Below, piece by piece: positions 18,701 through 23,821 of a DNA stretch of 24,000 nucleotides. Position 1 is the stretch's first letter. Each line of letters opens with the position of its first letter. The DNA comes from an uncultured Prevotella sp. (GTDB lineage: Bacteria; Bacteroidota; Bacteroidia; Bacteroidales; Bacteroidaceae): positions 44,345 to 68,344 of the forward strand of contig OMXE01000009.1 of the NCBI GenBank assembly GCA_900314935.1, in the 5' to 3' direction. Both the position numbers and the translations under genes were made by a program. The notes below the pieces were generated by a model that saw nothing but the letters and a program-made list of their open reading frames with translations, was not told the origin of the DNA and searched no databases.

Positions 18701-19434
18701 CATGCTAACCATATTCGAGAATAGTCACTTCTGTCTCTTGATAAAATCGAGTGATGGCAATAAAGTTTATCAAATGCGAAACATTTTTCAAAACACAAAA
18801 TGGCTTCTTGATATGCTTCTTTTTTATATAAATGTACTCCTTGTCTAAAGAGAGAATCAGATAAAGCTATAGAATCTTCTTTTGTTTGTAATGTGCTATT
18901 TGCATATGGAACAGAGTACCTTACTTCTCTCAAATAACGACTATTTAGCGCTGATATGGAATCATAAAACAAAGTGATAGAGTCAATGTGTAGTGTAGGA
19001 GCAAGGCTTATCGAGAAAACAGGTATACTATCCTTCGGAGCAGGAAAGATAATGTTAAAAGTGTCTGTTTGATATGCTTCTGAATGAATAAAAGAAATTG
19101 TAGTTTTAGGGAAAAAAGAATGTTTCTTTTCTCCTGTTTTATAATCTTTAAGAAATAACAAGTGGTTTTCTATGGTGAACGAAGAATTCGGTTTCTTGTT
19201 TTTTATTACCCATTTAGTTTTTAGACTATCGTTCTTATTCTCAATTGTTTTTAAAGAAAGAAAATGAGCATCTGTTTCTATAATTGCATCAACATCAGTA
19301 CCTGTATAGGCATTACCAACAACAATATAAGCACCATCCTGAGCATAGATATAGGATTGTGCATAGCATAACAGCAAGATAAAAATACATCTTACAATAA
19401 CCATTCTAATGCAAATATACAGCTTTATTTTCAT
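15772..19434 (-). CDS. Large secreted TPR-repeat CHAT-domain protein (caspase-fold protease)
   Basis: The track ORF starts at a TTG at 19440. The ATG at 19434 gives [32 protein letters not shown], a signal peptide. The middle ~550 aa are TPR-like repeats with recurring A..Y/W...G....A motifs. The C-terminal CHAT domain has His context [12 protein letters not shown] and Cys context [12 protein letters not shown], then [26 protein letters not shown] and YWAAFILLD. Confidence 0.9.
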   Translation of the reverse strand: [1220 protein letters not shown]

Positions 19435-19540
19435 AATCAATCATTTTTTTAAAAAAAAACATTTCACTGTTTACCTTTTAGCTGAATAGGGTATAATAAG
19501 ACGTAAACAACAAATTAGTAACAATTAAAACAAAAGAAAA

Positions 19541-19966
19541 ATGAAACAGTTAGTTCTTACAATCATCGCCATCATGGCAGTCACAACCAGTTTTGCACAG
19601 TACAATCCGTGGCCAAACTTCTCATCAAAGTCATCATCGGCAAAAGGTCACACAAGCGTATCAAACAATATGCCGACGTTTCCAAGCAACAGTACAACAA
19701 CTGTCAGTGGTTACACTCGCAGCAATGGAACTTATGTTGAACCCCATGTCCGTACCATGCCTAACAATACCAACTTTGATAACTTCTCTACCAAGGGAAA
19801 CTCAAATCCCTTCACCGGATCCACTGGCTATCGTGCCAGAGATTACTCAAGAGATGCTTACAACTATGGAGCTGGTCAAGTCATCCACACAGGTCCTCGC
19901 GGTGGTCAGTATTACAACAATAGCAATGGCCGCAGAACTTATGTACCAAAGCGTAATTTGTGGTAA
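19541..19966 (+). CDS. Small secreted N/S/T/G-rich protein
   Basis: Signal peptide MKQLVLTIIAIMAVTTSFAQ. The segments GYTRSNGTYVEPHVRTMPNNTNFDNFSTKGNSNPFTG and HTGPRGGQYYNNSNGRRTYV resemble short motifs I have seen recurring in small secreted bacterial proteins, recognised from memory only. Confidence 0.7.
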   Translation: MKQLVLTIIAIMAVTTSFAQYNPWPNFSSKSSSAKGHTSVSNNMPTFPSNSTTTVSGYTRSNGTYVEPHVRTMPNNTNFDNFSTKGNSNPFTGSTGYRARDYSRDAYNYGAGQVIHTGPRGGQYYNNSNGRRTYVPKRNLW

Positions 19967-19974
19967 ATAAGGAT

Positions 19975-20005
19975 AGAAATCCCTTGAAAAAAACAAGGGA
20001 TTTCT
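19975..20005 (+). terminator. Hairpin terminator after the 141-aa gene
   Basis: Perfect 12-bp stem AGAAATCCCTTG / CAAGGGATTTCT with an A7 loop, starting 9 nt after the stop. There is no clean U-run (followed by AATTATTAAG). Confidence 0.55.
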
Positions 20006-20048
20006 AATTATTAAGACATCCGAATCAATAATACCATTTCTATATAGT

Positions 20049-20453
20049 ATGACGCAAATGGGAAACCTGACTATTAAGAACAAGAGCGAAGTACTCTACC
20101 TATGTATGAACAGTATTCTGTATATCCAGGCAGACGGAAACTATTGCGACATCTATCTTGCTGATGGTAGCGTGCTCAATACACTCACCTATCAGCGGGC
20201 GGAGATTGCAAAGATGATGGATGAGCAGATTCCAGAGAACATCAGAAAACGGTTTGTTTTAGTCGGAAAGTCGTATATGGTGAATACGGAATATGTACTT
20301 CGCATCCAGCCGAGCAAGCAACTGTTGACATTTATGATCAACCAATTCGGAACAACCCGGAAAGTGACTATAAAAGTAACGACGAAAGCACTCAATAAAC
20401 TGGTGGAGGAAATGGAAATGCAAATGGACGACCATGCTTTTCGTACACCATAA
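20049..20453 (+). CDS. Stand-alone LytTR-domain DNA-binding protein (no receiver domain)
   Basis: ILYIQADGNYCDIYLADGSVLNTLTYQRAEIAKMM...FVLVGKSYMVNTEYVLRI follows the LytTR pattern (I.YIEA.GNY..I......). At 134 aa there is no room for a sensor or receiver domain. Confidence 0.8.
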   Translation: MTQMGNLTIKNKSEVLYLCMNSILYIQADGNYCDIYLADGSVLNTLTYQRAEIAKMMDEQIPENIRKRFVLVGKSYMVNTEYVLRIQPSKQLLTFMINQFGTTRKVTIKVTTKALNKLVEEMEMQMDDHAFRTP

Positions 20454-20622
20454 TCATGCTTTTGTACATTGAAGGATGTCTAGGAGATTTGAAAACGAAA
20501 GATTATGTAGATTTGCAAATTGAATAATAACAAGGAACGGCAGACAACGGTCTGCAAGTCCCACGTCCCATAACAAAACCGCCAATATCCTGGGATTAAT
20601 TGGCACAAACAGAATTTTCGTT

Positions 20623-21267
20623 ATGAAGAAAACAAGAGATTTACAATTGAAGAAGGGCTGGATATTCGCCCTCATGTTTTTAAGCGCTGTAAACATGAAT
20701 GCAAAATCGGAACTGTTCACCATAGTTGAGGGCAGCCTGGACGTTTTGCTCGAACTAAAAAAAACGGCTGTTTTTGAAATTGACTATTCTCAGATGATGG
20801 TCACAAACGGCAAGAACCATGAAGACGATGTTGACTTTGCCACTTGGATGCAGGTTCAGGATGAAGATGATGACAAATGGACGACCGACTGGGAAACTAA
20901 AGACAAGGAGAAATGCCACAAGGCTTTCAGGGAGCATTACAATAACGAAGTGAAACAAGGATTGAAACTATCAAAACTCGGAAAAGACTACAAAGTTGTT
21001 CTCCGGCTTACAATGATTGATTTCGGTCCTGCCGTTAAGTATGGTTTGGGGGGAATAAAAGGTGGTGAGGCTAAGGCCAATGGCATTTTTGAGGTGAGAG
21101 ACCTCAACACTGACGAAGTTAAACTTATCTTGAAATTTGAGGGATTGAAAGGCGAAAGTAGTTTCAAGCAGATAGGACGCTTAATCGGCATCTTTGAGAA
21201 CTTTGGTGAAGAGCTTTCGAACTATCTGAAAGACTACCAGAAAGGACAGAAGAAAAAGAAGAATTGA
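20623..21267 (+). CDS. Secreted hypothetical protein, 214 aa, lysine-rich C-terminal tail
   Basis: Signal peptide WIFALMFLSAVNMNAKS, no recognisable motif, ends in KGQKKKKN. Confidence 0.7.
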   Translation: MKKTRDLQLKKGWIFALMFLSAVNMNAKSELFTIVEGSLDVLLELKKTAVFEIDYSQMMVTNGKNHEDDVDFATWMQVQDEDDDKWTTDWETKDKEKCHKAFREHYNNEVKQGLKLSKLGKDYKVVLRLTMIDFGPAVKYGLGGIKGGEAKANGIFEVRDLNTDEVKLILKFEGLKGESSFKQIGRLIGIFENFGEELSNYLKDYQKGQKKKKN

Positions 21268-21289
21268 CTAATGATTTCCCCCAACTTGC

Positions 21290-21316
21290 AATTGTGTCGC
21301 AACCTGCGACACAATT
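21290..21316. terminator. Hairpin between convergent genes (possible bidirectional terminator)
   Basis: An 11-bp stem AATTGTGTCGC / GCGACACAATT with a 5-nt loop. It lies 23 nt after the 214-aa gene's stop and ~90 nt after the convergent DUF3791 gene's stop. Confidence 0.5.
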
Positions 21317-21405
21317 TGCTTGTCTTTACGCTTATTGAATTGTGGATGTTTCAGTATTCATAGAATAAGGAAATACCTTCGATAGTTCATCATGGCCATG
21401 CATGA

Positions 21406-21627
21406 TTAGACCATTTTCCCAGTCAATAGCTCTCTGCGAAGAAACTCATAATTATAAACTGCGCTTTGGTAATACAAGCCTGTTTCTACATCAAGAATTT
21501 TCTCGTAGAGCTGGGAATTGTAAACAGCATCCATCGCTTCTGGAATGGAGTAACCAAAATCTTCCATTACCTTTATTACCAGATTCTTGGTGAGCGTGTC
21601 TATCAGGTATTTTGTTTCATTATTCAT
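21406..21627 (-). CDS. DUF3791-like small protein (second of a pair)
   Basis: A 73-aa helical protein. Its size and position after a clearer DUF3791 gene fit the paired DUF3791 arrangement seen in Bacteroidales. The motif match itself is weaker. Confidence 0.6.
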   Translation of the reverse strand: MNNETKYLIDTLTKNLVIKVMEDFGYSIPEAMDAVYNSQLYEKILDVETGLYYQSAVYNYEFLRRELLTGKMV

Positions 21628-21667
21628 AGTACTATAGCGACATTAGACCCATGGTAAAGAACAATCA

Positions 21668-21892
21668 TCATATTAAAGCTCCTCCGTTGCGATGACAAAT
21701 AACTGAAAGGTCAGATACGGCATCCTTTATTGATAGTTGATGTTCGGCTTCATAGCATTCATCCAGAAAAGAGATACCCTTAAACCGCTTTAAGTAAGAA
21801 TATGCCTGCTTTATGCTTAACCCGAAATGAGAAGCAAAAGCGCTGACACAATAAACAATGTATGTAACTCTATTCTGAATATCTGTATTCAT
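21668..21892 (-). CDS. DUF3791 domain protein
   Basis: MNTDIQNRVTYIVYCVSAFASHFGLSIKQAYSYLKRFKGISFLDECYEAEHQLSIKDAV matches the DUF3791 pattern (..F.V.CIE.FA......S..E.Y..L.K.G....L...YD.LH). The track start at 21934 adds 14 aa (MCYRRDISHSIHSI), so the start is ambiguous. Confidence 0.7.
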   Translation of the reverse strand: MNTDIQNRVTYIVYCVSAFASHFGLSIKQAYSYLKRFKGISFLDECYEAEHQLSIKDAVSDLSVICHRNGGALI

Positions 21893-21967
21893 AATACTAT
21901 GAATTGAATGAGATATGTCTCGCCTATAGCACATTACCTAAATTAGTGCATTCAACGAGTTCAATGG

Positions 21968-21975
21968 CAAAGATA
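21968..21975 (-). promoter_or_regulatory. -7 box (TATCTTTG) for the DUF3791 pair
   Basis: CAAAGATA on the plus strand lies 34 nt upstream of the ATG at 21934 and 76 nt upstream of the ATG at 21892. Confidence 0.35.
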
Positions 21976-22075
21976 GGGTATTATTTGGAAATATACAAGA
22001 AAAAGGGGCGGAAAATTCAAGGGGAATGAAATGTGCGCGTGTATGAAAAGAATGATTGGTCAATTTTATGCCAAC

Positions 22076-22190
22076 ATATCCCGTAAATCTCTTGAAACGC
22101 CGATGTACAAAGGATTTGAGGGACGGGATATGTTGCTCAAACATATCCCGTAGATCTCCCGTTCATCTAACCTACATCTCCCGTTCAATC
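22076..22190. repeat. Left inverted-repeat arm
   Basis: An ungapped hand alignment to the reverse complement of 22791-22907 gives roughly 80% identity over ~115 bp. It includes a perfect 23-mer, TTGAGGGACGGGATATGTTGCTC (22115-22137 versus 22846-22868). The arm contains 5 copies of the (T)CCCGT / ACGGG(A) core. The inner four are at 11-bp spacing (22147, 22158, a degenerate one at ~22169, and 22180). Confidence 0.8.
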
Positions 22191-22282
22191 AATTTCTCTC
22201 ATAACCAAATTACCACGAATTGTATTTTAGCGGTAATCTCTTGCCTCTTGCTTCTTAAATTCCATCCCTTGTGAAATGAATT

Positions 22283-22319
22283 AAACTATGGCAGTTTGCG
22301 TTAGAAACTATGGCAGTTT
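22283..22319. repeat. Direct repeat AAACTATGGCAGTTT x2, 22-bp period
   Basis: Identical 15-mers at 22283-22297 and 22305-22319. Confidence 0.85.
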
Positions 22320-22347
22320 CTGGTAAAAAGTGCCTCAAACGCCAATT

Positions 22348-22381
22348 GTGGGAACGTCACTCTCTGATAGTGGGAACGTCA
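22348..22381. repeat. Direct repeat GTGGGAACGTCA x2, 22-bp period
   Basis: Identical 12-mers at 22348-22359 and 22370-22381. Confidence 0.85.
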
Positions 22382-22644
22382 TTCACTCATAGCGTCTACG
22401 GCGTTCAGTGTTTTTTAACAGAAAGATGGTGGTTTGTTAACAGATTTTTGCACGCTATGAGGGGTCGATTTTTGGTCGTCTCGGGATTATTTAGTACCTT
22501 TGTACCGAAGAACCAAGATTAGACAGAAGAACTTTTTAGACAAAATAACAAAAGAACGTTTTCGTTAAGCCAGATGAGCAAAGTGAAGCTTGCTTCAACT
22601 TTGCCATGGCGAGAAAAAGTAGGATGAAATCCAACAAATTTATA

Positions 22645-22703
22645 TTTAGACAAAAGAACCAAAGAACCAAATTGTTTTTAGACCAAAGAACTAAAGAACC
22701 AAA
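22645..22703. repeat. Direct repeat TTTAGAC(A/C)AAAGAAC(C/T)AAAGAACCAAA x2, 32-bp period
   Basis: The 27-mers at 22645-22671 and 22677-22703 match at 25/27. Shorter TTAGAC...AGAAC relatives lie at 22519 and 22536. Confidence 0.8.
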
Positions 22704-22707
22704 ATAT

Positions 22708-22777
22708 AATGTTTAATGCTTAATGTTTAACGTTTAATGTTTAACGTTTAATGTTTAACGTTTAATCTTTAATGTAT
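22708..22777. repeat. AT-rich 14-bp tandem repeat AATGTTTAACGTTT, ~5 units
   Basis: The units start at 22708 (AATGTTTAATGCTT), at 22722, 22736 and 22750 (all three exact), and at 22764 (degenerate AATCTTTAATGTAT). There is an underlying 7-bp sub-period TTAAYGT. Confidence 0.9.
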
Positions 22778-22790
22778 AAATGTTTTTGTT

Positions 22791-22907
22791 GGAGATCTAC
22801 GGGATATGTACGGGAAATCTACGGGAGATCTACGGGAAATGTTAGAGCAACATATCCCGTCCCTCAAAACCTCTGAGCAAAGGCGTTTCAAGATGTTTAC
22901 GGGATAT
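22791..22907. repeat. Right inverted-repeat arm
   Basis: It contains four contiguous 11-bp units TACGGGA(T/A/G)AT(G/C)(T/-) starting at 22798, 22809, 22820 and 22831, plus two more core copies at 22856 and 22899. It ends 14 nt from the DUF3667 stop codon. Confidence 0.8.
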
Positions 22908-22920
22908 CTGCAGTATATTT

Positions 22921-23808
22921 CTATCGTGCAGCGCTAATGAAGCTGAAAAGGAAAAAGGCAATAAGGATTCCCAGGTAAACCGCAATGAAGATGCCGAGAG
23001 CGAGGATTGCCCTCCAGATGGTTTGCCAATAGCTATAGCCCGAAAGTTGCTTCAGGGGGATAATGGTCAGCAGCGGGAAAACCGATTCATAATAGTAGTT
23101 CATACAGAAGAATGAGGCAACGATGGAATAGAGGTACCACATGTCTGTGAAATAGATCATCGAGACGAAAAACTCCGAAAACCTCATATCTGGTATGTTG
23201 GGACAATGACGGAAGAAAAGGTAGAGTGGACCACACAGGAGCAGTACGACAATAAGTAACACAATGGATAGGTGCTTGTTTATCCACACGTTCGCTTTCT
23301 TGGCTTTTCCCAGAAAGTCGGCAGTTGCCTGTTTCTCTATCTCATCACCTTGTTGGTCGTTTTCTAAACCATTGTTTTCCATCTCCATCTTGTCGTATAA
23401 CTCCATGCTCTCCTCGAGGCGGTTGACCCTTCGGATATTAAAGCCGGATTCTACTAATAGTGACAAAGCGATGAGCAGGAAAAACAACTTAAACGGTGGA
23501 AAGTAGGCCATCATCATACCCTTCAAATAGTCGTATGCCATATAGCCTGGTCGGACAATCAGGTCACGAAGGGTGCGGAACATTCCTCTGTTGCCTAAGC
23601 CCCATACGTCGAGGAACAACAAGAAGGCGTTTTTGAAGGAGTATCTGCCGAGCTTAGACGACTGTCCGCAGCGAGGACAGTAGTTACCTTGGAAATGTGT
23701 CTCGCAGGTAGTGCAAACATGTTCCTTTGCTGATAATGGCTTTACCTGATACGGTTGCTTTTGCCACGTACTGAATTGTCTGTATTTCTCCTTTATTCTT
23801 TCAAACAT
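22921..23808 (-). CDS. DUF3667-like membrane protein with N-terminal zinc ribbon
   Basis: CTTCETHFQGNYCPRCGQ (a CxxC...CxxC ribbon) is followed by LRDLIVRPGYMAYDYLKGMMMAYFPPFKLFFLL and several TM helices. This architecture matches the Bacteroidota DUF3667 family as I remember it. Confidence 0.8.
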   Translation of the reverse strand: MFERIKEKYRQFSTWQKQPYQVKPLSAKEHVCTTCETHFQGNYCPRCGQSSKLGRYSFKNAFLLFLDVWGLGNRGMFRTLRDLIVRPGYMAYDYLKGMMMAYFPPFKLFFLLIALSLLVESGFNIRRVNRLEESMELYDKMEMENNGLENDQQGDEIEKQATADFLGKAKKANVWINKHLSIVLLIVVLLLCGPLYLFFRHCPNIPDMRFSEFFVSMIYFTDMWYLYSIVASFFCMNYYYESVFPLLTIIPLKQLSGYSYWQTIWRAILALGIFIAVYLGILIAFFLFSFISAAR

Positions 23809-23813
23809 CGCCG

Positions 23814-23821
23814 CAAAGATA
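23814..23821 (-). promoter_or_regulatory. Possible -7 box (TATCTTTG) immediately upstream of the DUF3667 gene
   Basis: CAAAGATA on the plus strand sits only 6 nt from the ATG at 23808. This would imply a leaderless or near-leaderless mRNA, so confidence is low. Confidence 0.25.

Larger units (their letters stand above)
22076..22907. other. 832-bp non-coding element bounded by long imperfect inverted repeats, filled with several families of phased direct repeats (MITE-like, or an origin/partition-site-like iteron field)
   Basis: No credible ORF; the track ORFs here are short with odd composition. The terminal arms 22076-22190 and 22791-22907 are reverse complements of each other. Internal repeats are listed as separate features. 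Confidence 0.6.

Noticed and set aside
19593-19970. A 125-aa ORF overlapping the 141-aa secreted-protein gene in another frame.
   Set aside because: It has no signal peptide or motif. The overlapping 141-aa frame has both. The open frame is explained by stop-poor A/C-rich composition.
20454-20723. An 89-aa minus-strand ORF spanning the LytTR/214-aa intergenic region.
   Set aside because: It overlaps the start and signal peptide of the better-supported 214-aa gene on the other strand and has no motif.
21938-22522. Three track ORFs (21938-22144 minus, 22056-22274 plus, 22310-22522 plus) inside the repeat-rich region.
   Set aside because: They are short, cross inverted and direct repeats, have implausible composition, and lack sensible starts or promoter context. 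The region is better explained as non-coding.
22495-22642. TAnnTTTG matches inside the non-coding element (TACCTTTG at 22495-22502 plus strand; TAAATTTG at 22635-22642 minus strand). These could be promoters of an sRNA or of an invertible promoter switch.
   Set aside because: An 8-mer with two free positions is expected by chance many times in 24 kb of AT-rich DNA. There is no downstream ORF or clear terminator. The DUF3791 genes already have a candidate -7 box outside the element.
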